The notes under the pieces: model-generated
Database searches by the model: none
What the model was told of the DNA's origin: nothing
The model's input: only the letters and a program-made list of their open reading frames with translations
Shown: piece after piece, positions 10,401 through 19,981 of the stretch
How positions within the stretch are numbered: the first letter of the stretch is position 1
Layout of the letters: each line of letters starts with the position of its first letter
IMG/VR virus record: IMGVR_UViG_3300040801_004519
Location: 5,231-69,230 of that record
Length of the DNA stretch: 64,000 nt
Reading direction: 5' to 3' (one strand)
Origin: a virus
Taxonomy: Duplodnaviria > Heunggongvirae > Uroviricota > Caudoviricetes
Program-made: the position numbers and the translations under genes

Positions 10401-13400
10401 TTCTGAGCATGAAGTCAAGATATCAGGAGATGTGTATTTCACGATTGTAACAACTGACAATTTTGGAAACATTTCTTCTAGCAAATATGCATTCTTGTCA
10501 TCAATTGGTGGAGAAGCCGTTACTCGACCACGCAACCCAACTAACGTCACCGTGAGTAGCCAAAACGGCGAGAGTGTTGAGGTATCCTTTAATATCGACA
10601 ACCTTTTGCCTACAGAAAACGAATTCTACTTCGGAGATAGAGTATTTCTTTATGGTTTAGTTTTAGATGAATATGGAAATGTTCTTAGATTACTCGATGG
10701 ACTCAATCTTTCAAGACAGACAGAGGCTTCGATACAAAGCGATTCTGCATTTTATGATGTAAGCGACATTGAAACCCCAGATGCAGATCGGTTTGTTCAA
10801 GTCAATGGTTCATTTGGAGAAAATGGATTCCTAAGAGGTGGCGTAAGGTTTTCCACTGTTTCCAACCTTTTATTCCGAACAGATTTAGTTGACACAAAAA
10901 TATACCTTTCTTATCTCCCGTCAGATTTCGATGAGAATGAAGATGAACCCGACAATTTTATTATTGCATCAACAGAAGTAAAGTTTATCAACCCACTCCA
11001 GGTTAATGTTGAAATTGTTGCTGAAGAAGATTTCTATGCAAGGCGACAAGCCCCTGTTCATGTGAGAGCTACGACTACCTTTAGAGGTCAACCTTTGGCG
11101 TCTGCACGCTTACAGACAAGGAGAATCGACAACTATAGAGGTTATGAAACATTTACATTTGGTGGCAACGATGACAGCATATGGGGGCCTGTGCAATCCA
11201 AGGTGTCTGATTCTGAGATAAATGATTTCTTCCTGAGTTCTACTGACACTCCAGCCTCAACTGAGTTTCATGTTTATGCTGATGCTGCTGGCTTTAACAA
11301 ACAGAAAATCATTAGATTCGATTTTCTCAATCCGTTGCAAGTTGATGTTGTCGCAAAAGCTCCATTAAATAATGGAATAGATGTTCAAGAGCAAACAGCA
11401 TTGGTTTATATGGTAAACCCGGACGACCCCGACATCACAACTCCTGTGCCAGACCTCACTCCCGTTCGATGGTCCCTCAGTGAAAAGACGGGTGCTTCGA
11501 ACAATATCATTAATGAGCAACCTTTCTACAGTACAGAAACAGGCATTAGAATTCAAAATGGGGTGTATTCATACGTCCGAGATGGTGTTGCCAAAAAAGT
11601 GTTTGTTGGTCCCATTACTAATCTCTCCCAGTCATCGCAATTAGTCGGAAACCTTGAAGCATCGGTAGTGTTTGATAGTCTTTCTGCAAATGGTCAGGAC
11701 GATCTGCATGTTAAACGATACCTTCCAGGTGAAGATGATGATGATTTTCAGGGGCCTCAAATTCAGCCGGTTTTCCTAGCTGAGTTTGATGAAGAAGTTA
11801 AAGAAATTTGGGCTGATGGAAAAGCATTTGCAAAGATGAGCATTATTCACGATGCAAGTGTCACATCATCAAACTTCTCTGAATGTTTCCTTGAATGTTC
11901 GAATGCGATGGATTTGGAAACAGTCTCTTTGACTCCTGGATCAATTATAACAATTTCCGTTCCACACAATGATGTTGAAATTATCTGGGGCGATGTAGAA
12001 GAGATAAATGATTCAGAAGGCTCATATTTGGATACATCCAATGCAACGGTAGCCAAAAGAACTGCAAGTGTCGTCTTAAGCGAGGGCGAGACAACAAATG
12101 TCTGGTTCCGAGCCAACACCACAGACTTTGCTCCTCGATCCAGTAGTGGACTTCGAAGGTCTTGCTCATGTCTTCCATATGACAAGGACGACACTGGTGT
12201 CCCCATTTATCTTTCTACAACACTAACAATCAACAATGAGTTGAAAGTTGCCAGAGCGGGCGGTGGATCAGTGGAGGGAATTCCGCCAACAATTCTTCGC
12301 TTGAATGATCCCCTAGGATTTAGATTCGCTGACCTTCGTGTAGACGGTCAACCATCTTCAACATTCGTTGCCAATGGTACATCCACGAACGAATTTGTTT
12401 TTGAAGCAACATGGAGAGGCTCATCGTTGCCTCCTAGAAACAAGGTTTTCATCGAGAATGCAAACTCTGGATCGCTTGCTCCGATTGAAATAATCAACGA
12501 ACAAGAGTTCCTTCGAGCGGGCATTGATGTGCTCATAAACGCTGGAGGACCATTGCGAAGCTTTGCCACGATCAAGGCGAAGCCAATATCCTCATCTGGA
12601 AGCTTTGAATCCACTTTTCAGGCTCATATGAGCTACGATGAGTCAGGTTCAGTAACAAGATTGAAGAACATTTTGGTAAGTATATCATACTCCTCTTTTG
12701 TCGATGCTGCTCAAGTTGCAAACAGTACCATCTATGGAAAATCTCATAGGTATGACGTAAACTCTGATTCATGGAGTTTGCTGGGTGACCTTGTAACTCC
12801 TCGGAGCGGACACATTATGGCTCATGACTCACTTAATGATGAGTTGTTTGTTGTAGGCGGAAGTTCTGGGAAAATCGTTCTAAGCTCTTCTGAGACATTT
12901 TCAGGTGGAACATGGTCGGAGACCAGTAGTATGTCTTTCGCGAGGTCATACGCCCTTTCAGCCGTCTCTGGAGACAAATTGTATGTGATTGGTGGCATCT
13001 CGTTTTCTCCTGTTTCTAACTCCTTCTTCATCAGCGCTGCTGTGGAGTCATACGATTTTGCCACACGTACGTGGGAAGTTCTTTCGCCAATGCCATCACT
13101 TAACATTCTGAATGAGAATGTTCCATATGGCGTTGCAATGGGTAATACTGTAGTTTCAGGTGGGAAAATTTACGTTTTAAGTGGAATCAGTTCAATTTCT
13201 TACGACGTTGAACTGAAGAGATATATCGTGGATCGCTTTAACGATAGGGTTCTTGTTTACGATATTGCCAATGACGAGTGGTCTGCATCGAGTCAGGTTG
13301 ATTTCCCTGCTTTTGAGCGGCTTGGAGCTTTACACTTTAATGAATCAGGCAATGTAAAAGTTTTGGGTGGTATTTATGACAATTCTGCCCTAGATCGCGT

Positions 13401-15585
13401 TTCGGAATTTGCAGATATACCTTATGAAATTGATCTAACAGCAGGATCAGCAGATGATGTTGCCGCATCGCTAGATTTTGCAGATGATGAATTTAAATCT
13501 TTAAATCACCAGTTGTACAAGTCATCTCATGTTCAGTTTGGAAGCAACTTATTTGCATTTGGAGGATCATCTCCTGATTTTCCACACATCGATGATTCTT
13601 TTAAAATTGATCTTTCAGGAATGAATTATCCTCATGGATCGATTAGCGATTTGCCAATTGGCCTTCATTCATCTTCATCCACTTCAGATGGTTCGTTTAT
13701 TTATCTAAGTGGCGGCGTGTCGAGTGGTCGCCCAGATGAGTTCGTTCAACTTTCTCTCTATACAAATGGAGAGCTTGTTCAGGATGGTATCGACACGCAT
13801 ACATTTGGCTTGTCAGCTTTTGATGTTAGTGGGAACAATTTAGATGGAACAGAGATCGAAGTAAAGGGGGGGACAGATCAAAATGACAACGCCTACGTTC
13901 GTTTCAACCGAACTTCACTGCCTCTTTCAGGAGATGTTTCCACTTTTGTAATATTGCCTCGATCTTCTGATACAACTGGAAAAATCGGATTTGTTTCATT
14001 AGATTCTCGCGTAGATGATCCTTCATATTATGGATTTTTAGAGAAGAGTCGAAATGATGTTCTGGATAACTTTTCAGAGATCGGAATAAATGGTGACAGT
14101 GTTTCACTTGTCGCAACCAGAAGTTTACCTGAATCAGATGGTGTCATTATACCAAATTCAGACACTCGTCATTCCCCCTTTGATCTGAGTCCAGCAGTTC
14201 TTCCTCAGGGCATCAGCCAGAATGTCCCATTTTCAAATGTTGTTCTAAATTTGCCTTTGGCGGAAACAGTGCTTACTGGAGGAACTTCTAGTCTTTCCGA
14301 ACTTCAAGAAGCTTTATTATCTATTCAAAGAGATATAGCTTTTGGGCCATCGCCTCTTTACGATGCGATTGATTTGGCTACAAAAGATTTGCAGAGAGAA
14401 GGCGGCACTGAGGATTTGAGGAAAAGTATATATCTGCTAACAGATGGTATTGAGTCTGGTTCTTTCGTTGATACAGATGAACTACGAAAGGACTTGATTA
14501 GCTTAGAGAATGGGAGGCCTGCACCCCTAGTTGCCATTGATCTATCATTAACAGAAACACCGTATGAAAATTCAACGGGAAGGGGGTCTGGTGACTATTC
14601 GATTGAATCTCTCTCAGAACAAACTGGTGGCCAGTCAATGGCTGTTGTATCTACTTCTGATATGGATGCCCTGATCGATAGAATAACTGGACGCCTTGTC
14701 GGATCGACTGGTTTTGGGTCATTTACTTACCGAATTGACTTACATCAGATTTGCAAAATTGAGTCTATCTCTATAGATTTTACACTTCCATCAAATTCTA
14801 GCGCAAACTGGACCTATGCAGTAAGTAACGAGGGATTCTCTTTCGAGTATTCAGATGAGACATTTGATGCGGGAGATGAAGTTATCCTTAAGGACGTTTC
14901 TTCGAAAGTCATCTTAATTGATGCCAACATGAAGTCACCCCTTACCACAGCGAGCGATGACGATTTAAGCCCAGCAGATGTGCCAAGCCTAAATTCCATA
15001 ACCATCACTTTTGACCGGGTACATAAGGAACACATCATTCTCGGGCCAGATACGAGCGCGGGAGCCGCAGAGGATGTAGCCTTTGCAGCAATAACAGATG
15101 AGCCTTTCGGATCAGAGCTTAAAGTCGGTATTTCGAATGGGGTTGATACTGATTGGGAGTATTTCGACTTAAGTTCTTCTCCTTCAAGAGATGCGGACGG
15201 TAGGATTGTTCTTCCCAATAGGCTATTCGATCCTCAAGGCAAAGAGTATACAGGCGAACCGCTTGATGATGTTGATGGATATGTTTACTTATCTAGATAT
15301 GGAGCATGGAACCCTTCTCTTGATGTCACTATTTGGAAATTCAAAGGCGTGAAGGGTTCAAGTCTGACCAACCGAACTGTCGATGATTATGAGGTAGTTG
15401 AAGAAGACCTATACTCTATAAAGCCATCAATAGGTGCAGTTGTCTTTAACACGATAACTGAAGATGAGCTTTGGATTGAAGTATCCGATAGCAGTCGCTT
15501 ATCTGTTGCTGTATTAACAACAAGCAGGCATGCTTCATCTTCTGTTAACCTGAAGTCACTTGCAGTAATGCACTCAACAAGATGA
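7444..15585 (+). CDS. Giant virion adhesin-like protein: CBM-like, vWA, LamG/concanavalin, Kelch repeats
   Basis: 2713 aa, GTG start overlapping the upstream stop. MIDAS motif VVDHSGS; LamG signature WHFDEGDG...TLAAWVY...WCHVCVT...FYINGDL; Kelch repeats (LFVVGG, LYVIGG, IYVLSG, LFAFGG); vWA C-half SPLYDAI...YLLTDG. Confidence 0.7.
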   Translation: MANLKLAQVFQTSLSAVYDQFKTSGSYPSLLVNKSLGLSLEEFKELMTGRDVPFSSPDGLDYYTFTEDEWNNFTAEEWYHFLGSPSYLPSKASIYLNLAGQNQGHFVVEETLVVDASNHAGLKTSTDSGFLLSPGTGGGSMESIFGGSSLDIFENQGFVENESSWIRYPLQFKDDSVYTINLRLKAKASHGGSSRLGFSVALDDHLVYEHSESVVGDTWIWRNFTIVVPDPEIHDFKITPTTPEISIDKIVISKDDTIPTGEGPEADLSPFVTVHSQVYSINDETGEPENQMPVYDARNTLGDVLDEGWYNFDLTPVLSGGSYSETSEFALVVSVSGGNNNHFVSWDTSVASENMPSLSWNGVSWEEDSTKNYACLIYSNQVAVNEECAVSVRPAQQLELKVTDFRKEDAVLVNTAIEESEYNENFGKIVLDLPASEVTFVVDHSGSMTWNDPEGVRFDLIDRVSKRINASQGGNAKFNLVKFGGSKILPFLFTSPVDYRGDDPQEILKQHLQNSNSPIVGYRLVRRSDSFPESPIDGDIVSDGVFSKIRDTDVIEGTQYFYKLYSYDSNNNFSQGLEFSFTPNSDGHPIGVGNLTASVLLGTGVSNDGNVVSSWHFDEGDGDNAFDFGNDQVSLSVPKESRWLDQTNVPVGRSGIRLDGIEGIRSNSGLSTSGGLGDKMTLAAWVYWYGDEGTIISRESSSSTNYILSISSSGNINFRCAASPFSSSTGTIPSNEWCHVCVTVDLSLSESHFYINGDLDSQKPLASTTDSSSAMQIVVGDNFAGTSTFFGRITEVSVHDVVRNEDWITEAATPKDGEQDNGDRVVIAKWLADQDSGSKAVVTLHEVKDDLPILSSESGNHKNIVNQSQGWNCAQVGQGLRAGKTWDVRVFSREGNVDSQVQDTPAVEVNIPLVGPDIFKPDPEPDLAPVSAFSAVKVPGAAKLSWLMPEDARATSVRIYRDANDYPIISEHGVVGSLVGSFDRTVSEHEVKISGDVYFTIVTTDNFGNISSSKYAFLSSIGGEAVTRPRNPTNVTVSSQNGESVEVSFNIDNLLPTENEFYFGDRVFLYGLVLDEYGNVLRLLDGLNLSRQTEASIQSDSAFYDVSDIETPDADRFVQVNGSFGENGFLRGGVRFSTVSNLLFRTDLVDTKIYLSYLPSDFDENEDEPDNFIIASTEVKFINPLQVNVEIVAEEDFYARRQAPVHVRATTTFRGQPLASARLQTRRIDNYRGYETFTFGGNDDSIWGPVQSKVSDSEINDFFLSSTDTPASTEFHVYADAAGFNKQKIIRFDFLNPLQVDVVAKAPLNNGIDVQEQTALVYMVNPDDPDITTPVPDLTPVRWSLSEKTGASNNIINEQPFYSTETGIRIQNGVYSYVRDGVAKKVFVGPITNLSQSSQLVGNLEASVVFDSLSANGQDDLHVKRYLPGEDDDDFQGPQIQPVFLAEFDEEVKEIWADGKAFAKMSIIHDASVTSSNFSECFLECSNAMDLETVSLTPGSIITISVPHNDVEIIWGDVEEINDSEGSYLDTSNATVAKRTASVVLSEGETTNVWFRANTTDFAPRSSSGLRRSCSCLPYDKDDTGVPIYLSTTLTINNELKVARAGGGSVEGIPPTILRLNDPLGFRFADLRVDGQPSSTFVANGTSTNEFVFEATWRGSSLPPRNKVFIENANSGSLAPIEIINEQEFLRAGIDVLINAGGPLRSFATIKAKPISSSGSFESTFQAHMSYDESGSVTRLKNILVSISYSSFVDAAQVANSTIYGKSHRYDVNSDSWSLLGDLVTPRSGHIMAHDSLNDELFVVGGSSGKIVLSSSETFSGGTWSETSSMSFARSYALSAVSGDKLYVIGGISFSPVSNSFFISAAVESYDFATRTWEVLSPMPSLNILNENVPYGVAMGNTVVSGGKIYVLSGISSISYDVELKRYIVDRFNDRVLVYDIANDEWSASSQVDFPAFERLGALHFNESGNVKVLGGIYDNSALDRVSEFADIPYEIDLTAGSADDVAASLDFADDEFKSLNHQLYKSSHVQFGSNLFAFGGSSPDFPHIDDSFKIDLSGMNYPHGSISDLPIGLHSSSSTSDGSFIYLSGGVSSGRPDEFVQLSLYTNGELVQDGIDTHTFGLSAFDVSGNNLDGTEIEVKGGTDQNDNAYVRFNRTSLPLSGDVSTFVILPRSSDTTGKIGFVSLDSRVDDPSYYGFLEKSRNDVLDNFSEIGINGDSVSLVATRSLPESDGVIIPNSDTRHSPFDLSPAVLPQGISQNVPFSNVVLNLPLAETVLTGGTSSLSELQEALLSIQRDIAFGPSPLYDAIDLATKDLQREGGTEDLRKSIYLLTDGIESGSFVDTDELRKDLISLENGRPAPLVAIDLSLTETPYENSTGRGSGDYSIESLSEQTGGQSMAVVSTSDMDALIDRITGRLVGSTGFGSFTYRIDLHQICKIESISIDFTLPSNSSANWTYAVSNEGFSFEYSDETFDAGDEVILKDVSSKVILIDANMKSPLTTASDDDLSPADVPSLNSITITFDRVHKEHIILGPDTSAGAAEDVAFAAITDEPFGSELKVGISNGVDTDWEYFDLSSSPSRDADGRIVLPNRLFDPQGKEYTGEPLDDVDGYVYLSRYGAWNPSLDVTIWKFKGVKGSSLTNRTVDDYEVVEEDLYSIKPSIGAVVFNTITEDELWIEVSDSSRLSVAVLTTSRHASSSVNLKSLAVMHSTR

Positions 15586-16292
15586 ATGTAGATTTAATCG
15601 TTCTCGTCCACAATCGCCTTGATGTTACAAGGCGATTTTTTGATGCCCTAAAACTCAACCCATCAAATAATCTAAGATCGATTGTAGTTATCGATAACGG
15701 TTCAAATGAAGAAACATCATCATACTTATTTAACGAAATTGGCGCGAGACCTGATGTAAGGGTGTTTAGAAGCGAAAGCAACATTGGAGTAATCGAGGGA
15801 AGAAATCTTGGATGGAGCAAGGTTAAAGACCAAGACGTTGAATCGGGAGTTATGTTCCTAGATAATGATCAAATTGTTCGACATGGATGGCTGGACTCAC
15901 ATATCGAATTTCTTAGAAGAAACAGTTACGATCTTGTCGGTGTCGAGGCTTGGAAGATGAGTGATGATTTTCGCCCCATACGAAAGTGCAACAAAAGTGA
16001 TAGGACATTCACTTATGTTGGCTGTGGGGGAATGCTCATGAGGAAGAAAGTTCCACTCAGGATAGGAATGTTTGATTCAAGGTTTTCTCCAGCTTATTTT
16101 GAAGACCCAGATTTCAACATTAGGGCATTGGCTTCTGGCTTCAGAATAGGGTGGAATACGGATAGAATAGTTGATCATGAAGAGCATTCAACACTGCGTG
16201 GACAAGATTGGAAAAACCACTTTCGATCCAGTTATCTCTCCATGGTCTCGAAGTGGCAAGGAAGGGTAGTTTTACCAGAGCTAAGAACATGA
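15582..16292 (+). CDS. Glycosyltransferase family 2
   Basis: IVLVHNR, VIDNGS, FLDND (DxD), GCGGMLM, YFEDPDFNIR are GT2 motifs. Confidence 0.85.
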   Translation: MNVDLIVLVHNRLDVTRRFFDALKLNPSNNLRSIVVIDNGSNEETSSYLFNEIGARPDVRVFRSESNIGVIEGRNLGWSKVKDQDVESGVMFLDNDQIVRHGWLDSHIEFLRRNSYDLVGVEAWKMSDDFRPIRKCNKSDRTFTYVGCGGMLMRKKVPLRIGMFDSRFSPAYFEDPDFNIRALASGFRIGWNTDRIVDHEEHSTLRGQDWKNHFRSSYLSMVSKWQGRVVLPELRT

Positions 16293-17038
16293 AGGGTATA
16301 TCATCAGTTTACAACTCTCATCTGGGCAAAACTGCTTTCATACTTGGAGCCGGTCCTTCTCTTATAGACCTTGACACTAATCTGATAAAAAATCATGTCA
16401 CGATTACCGTCAATTCAGCTATTTTAAAGATGGCAGATTGTGACTACTGGTTGACTGATGATCAAGACGTGGAGTCTTGGGATTATTTTACAAGAGAAGT
16501 TCGAAATTCCAAATCCACTAAGCTTCTTGATTTTAGAAGATGTAACAAAATTTCTAAGAAGTTGATTGGCGAGGTTGTTCTCTACAAACATCAAGATTGG
16601 CTTGACTGGTATGATCGTAGAAGAAAAAAACATGATCTAAGCAAAGCAATCTTCACGCGAGACATTTCAAAACCTCTTGTCGGCACGAGAACCAGCGTTG
16701 GAACAGCAGTTCATGTTGCCTGGCTTATGGGGTGTTCAAAGATATGCCTTCTGGGGTGTGACTGTGGCTGGAGGAAAGACAGGAGATACTTCTGGCAACT
16801 TGATGAATGGAAAGGGAGAGTGCCGTCGAGGAGTTATCCCGATCCAACGACAAACACCCCTCAAAGAATCCTAGGCACAAAGAATTATACAGATTTTCAC
16901 TGTAAAGAAATGATCTGGTTCTGGGATGCGTTCTCGCTTCTTTTGAAAAAGAACAATATAAATGTCCTGAATTTAACTCCTGATTCGAGGATCAAGTCTC
17001 TGCCGATTGGAAACCTAGGCAATGTCGTGAAAGGTTGA
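16289..17038 (+). CDS. DUF115 / MptE-like (Maf-like) protein
   Basis: AFILGAGPSL, ITVNSA, YWLTDD, AVHVAWLMGCSKICLLGCDC. Start moved to the ATG at 16289, which forms an ATGA overlap with the GT2 stop. Confidence 0.7.
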   Translation: MKGISSVYNSHLGKTAFILGAGPSLIDLDTNLIKNHVTITVNSAILKMADCDYWLTDDQDVESWDYFTREVRNSKSTKLLDFRRCNKISKKLIGEVVLYKHQDWLDWYDRRRKKHDLSKAIFTRDISKPLVGTRTSVGTAVHVAWLMGCSKICLLGCDCGWRKDRRYFWQLDEWKGRVPSRSYPDPTTNTPQRILGTKNYTDFHCKEMIWFWDAFSLLLKKNNINVLNLTPDSRIKSLPIGNLGNVVKG

Positions 17039-17071
17039 TGTTGATCCCGGCAATTGGTCGAAAAGACTTTT

Positions 17072-18292
17072 ATGAATCTAGGAATTTCACAAACTGATAG
17101 TAAACCGTGGTCGGATGAAGAGTTAGTACAACTTTGGACATATCGCCAGGAAGAAACAGCTATTCCTTATTCGACGGTTGCTCAGCGGCTTGGAAGAACC
17201 GCTGCGGCGTGCGAAACCAAGTATCGCCGAAGAAGTAAGTGGCAATCTCGACTTGGATTAGTAGAAGAGAGTGACAAACTTACGCTTGCCAAAGAAGATA
17301 TGAATCAGGCTTTGGCTGATAAGTTCCTAGCAAGCGCAGATAAACAAAAAGTTCGAACTGGCATTATAGTAGACAAGGTTGTGGCTGCTGTTAAGCCCTT
17401 CAATTCTGTTACCCCTTCACCGGTCTATTACCCCAGAAACAGGAAGTCCTCTGGTTCTCCTGAAGACATGGGACTTATGTTGAGCGACTTGCACATAGGC
17501 CAGATGCATACTTTGCAAGAAACTGGCGGTGTAAGCGAATACAACATAAAAGTATTCAAAGATAGATTATCTGAACTTAAAGACCGAGTAACCGACATAT
17601 ACGAGTTGCATTCCAATTTGTATCCGATTGAGACGCTTAATGTGTTTATGCTCGGAGACAATGTTCATGGAATGGCGAATGTCGGCAAGTGGAGCGCTGC
17701 CCATATTGAAGAGGACATTATCACACAGATGTTTACTGGTGCAGAAGAGATTGCCGATCTTTTGCACTATTTTGCATCAATGTTCAAAAACGTGAAAGTT
17801 TTCTGTGTAAGCGGTAATCATGGACGAGCCAGTCACAAGGGTGTCGAGAAAGAGCATGTCAATTGGGATTATGTAATGTACAAGTTCCTTGAGGCGAAGC
17901 TTTCACAAAGCCCTCAAGTCGAGTTTGATATTCCACAATGTTGGTTTATTGAGGCTATGATTCGAAACCATAGATTCTATGTTGTGCATGGTGATGATGT
18001 AAAAGGTGGAAATTTTCCAGTAAAAAGTTTGGACACGGCAACAACGAAGGTGATGACCATTCGAAGAACGATTCCAGACTATGCGTTGGCTGGCCACTTC
18101 CACCAATCGGCAGAGTTGACAACAAATTACGGCGAACTGTTTTTGAATGGAAGTTTCGTTGGTCCCGATGTCTACTCATTGAAGGCTATTCAGGCTGGGG
18201 GCAAGCCAACACAGAAGGTGTTTGGAATTCATGACAAACGTGGTGTCACCTGGAGGTATACGCTTGATCTCGATACTCGGAAAAACCGATAG
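17072..18292 (+). CDS. Calcineurin-like metallophosphoesterase with N-terminal Myb/HTH-like domain
   Basis: SDLHIG, LGDNVHG, GNHGR, HGD, GHFH motifs. N-terminal WSDEELVQL...VAQRLGRTAAACETKY. ATG at 17072 preferred as start. Confidence 0.75.
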   Translation: MNLGISQTDSKPWSDEELVQLWTYRQEETAIPYSTVAQRLGRTAAACETKYRRRSKWQSRLGLVEESDKLTLAKEDMNQALADKFLASADKQKVRTGIIVDKVVAAVKPFNSVTPSPVYYPRNRKSSGSPEDMGLMLSDLHIGQMHTLQETGGVSEYNIKVFKDRLSELKDRVTDIYELHSNLYPIETLNVFMLGDNVHGMANVGKWSAAHIEEDIITQMFTGAEEIADLLHYFASMFKNVKVFCVSGNHGRASHKGVEKEHVNWDYVMYKFLEAKLSQSPQVEFDIPQCWFIEAMIRNHRFYVVHGDDVKGGNFPVKSLDTATTKVMTIRRTIPDYALAGHFHQSAELTTNYGELFLNGSFVGPDVYSLKAIQAGGKPTQKVFGIHDKRGVTWRYTLDLDTRKNR

Positions 18293-18299
18293 ATATCAA

Positions 18300-18704
18300 G
18301 TGTCAAAGAAAAATACCAAACAGATCATCAGGCTTCTTCCTGTTGCTGAAGATTTCTTGAAGCAGTCTGAATGTAGTTCTTGCAACGCTGACTTTAGTGT
18401 TAAAAACGTTGTCGCGCAGGGTAATAGAAGAAACCCGTCTGGGAGAAGCGTTTACTTTTTTGAAGTTGAATGTTTCAAGTGCCAGAGAACGTCAATATAT
18501 GTTTTGCATGACCTGAAGGTGACAAGTTTTGGGCTTGCAACACTTTTCGTTGAAGGTGAAGAAGAGGAAATCCAGGGGATGCATGACGTAGAGATAAAGA
18601 GAGCAAAAAGAGCCATTACTAAAGCACGAACAAATCGTGAATTGTTGGTTGAAATTGGTTTAACAGACGAAGAGTTAGGTATCAAGGAGAAGGAAATCAA
18701 ATGA
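18300..18704 (+). CDS. Hypothetical Zn-ribbon protein
   Basis: CSSC...CFKC pairs. GTG at 18300 chosen to avoid the long overlap in the ORF track. Confidence 0.5.
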   Translation: MSKKNTKQIIRLLPVAEDFLKQSECSSCNADFSVKNVVAQGNRRNPSGRSVYFFEVECFKCQRTSIYVLHDLKVTSFGLATLFVEGEEEEIQGMHDVEIKRAKRAITKARTNRELLVEIGLTDEELGIKEKEIK

Positions 18705-19756
18705 GGACAGTACGGAGAAAAATCAGTGACTTCAAACTTGCAGAGCAGATCGTTAGATCAGCCTGTGACTCACTTGGTGTTCCTTTTATTGACCTTAATA
18801 TTGAATTTGCTGAAGACTATGACATAGAACTCGTCAATTCAGAGCTACATCTTCCTGTACAAGATTCTCTGGCCAAAACGATCATCAGTGTTTGTATATC
18901 ATACATAGATAATCTGGATATTCTTTATTCTGTCCCAGTTGAGGTCTCTGAGAAATTTGTAAAAGAATTTAGCGTAACAGCTACATCATTGATCAGAGAC
19001 TTTATATATGGCGGTTCTCCGGTACCTTATCCTTCGGGAGAGCTTGAAGTGGGTTTGGTACAATTTCCGTTTGTTTGGATAATTATGAGAGATTTTGTTG
19101 GACCAGAAAATGGATTTGCTCCCAACGACACTCCTGTTCTTATGCAACCCTCGTCAACCTTCGATGCTGCACGATGGGATGAAGATCAAGATTTGATCCT
19201 GCTCAATACAACTGTTATGAGTGAACAATACAGGGACGCCTTCCTACTTTGTTCTGCTATCGAATCTCAAGGTCATAATGTTAAAGAAGTAGTTGCAAAG
19301 CTATTTCAGCCAGAAGTACAGGACATCATTGAGCAGTTTGCAAGACTTGTTTACACAGGTTTGAATCGAGATGAATCAGGTGAGTTCCTTCGATGCCTCG
19401 CCGCAGTGGCTGGAGTATCTCACAGTTCCTTCACTTCCGGCCTTGGCAAACAGGCTCAGTTATCTATGGAGCGTGGGGATTCAGCCGGTCCTGGCTCTGG
19501 TGGTGGTTCGGTTAGTTGGTTTATGCCAACACTTACCGAAGGCTTACTTGCTCCAATGCGGGGCGACAACATGACTATAAAAGAAGGTTTGGAGCAAATG
19601 AGGCAGGAGCTTTGGGACAAGGTGACCGTAGAGAAAGAGCGAAGGGGTCTATCCGATCTAACCCTTGAAGACATGCTTCGTGTTTTAAGTGATGGTATGA
19701 AACCACAGCCTGGAGTAATACTTCAAGGGCTGTTAAGCAATGATAGAATTTGGTAA
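18701..19756 (+). CDS. Hypothetical protein
   Basis: 351-aa ORF with an ATGA overlap; no motif recognised. Confidence 0.5.
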   Translation: MRTVRRKISDFKLAEQIVRSACDSLGVPFIDLNIEFAEDYDIELVNSELHLPVQDSLAKTIISVCISYIDNLDILYSVPVEVSEKFVKEFSVTATSLIRDFIYGGSPVPYPSGELEVGLVQFPFVWIIMRDFVGPENGFAPNDTPVLMQPSSTFDAARWDEDQDLILLNTTVMSEQYRDAFLLCSAIESQGHNVKEVVAKLFQPEVQDIIEQFARLVYTGLNRDESGEFLRCLAAVAGVSHSSFTSGLGKQAQLSMERGDSAGPGSGGGSVSWFMPTLTEGLLAPMRGDNMTIKEGLEQMRQELWDKVTVEKERRGLSDLTLEDMLRVLSDGMKPQPGVILQGLLSNDRIW

Positions 19757-19765
19757 GGAGACAAG

Positions 19766-19981
19766 ATGCAAATAGAAAATAGAGTTCTTATTGACATAGT
19801 TGGCCGCATGCTTCAAAACGCATATCAGGCAAGATCATATGTAGAAGATGGTAAAGAAATCTACTGTGAGAGAAGAGTTAGTGCATTGATAGATCAATTG
19901 ACGAAGTTGCACTCTGTACTTTCAGAGCCAGATGTTCAAGAAGACCAAAAAGACCAAAGTGATAGTTCTACACGTTCATAA
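19766..19981 (+). CDS. Hypothetical protein
   Basis: 71 aa, AAGGAG Shine-Dalgarno upstream. Confidence 0.5.
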   Translation: MQIENRVLIDIVGRMLQNAYQARSYVEDGKEIYCERRVSALIDQLTKLHSVLSEPDVQEDQKDQSDSSTRS

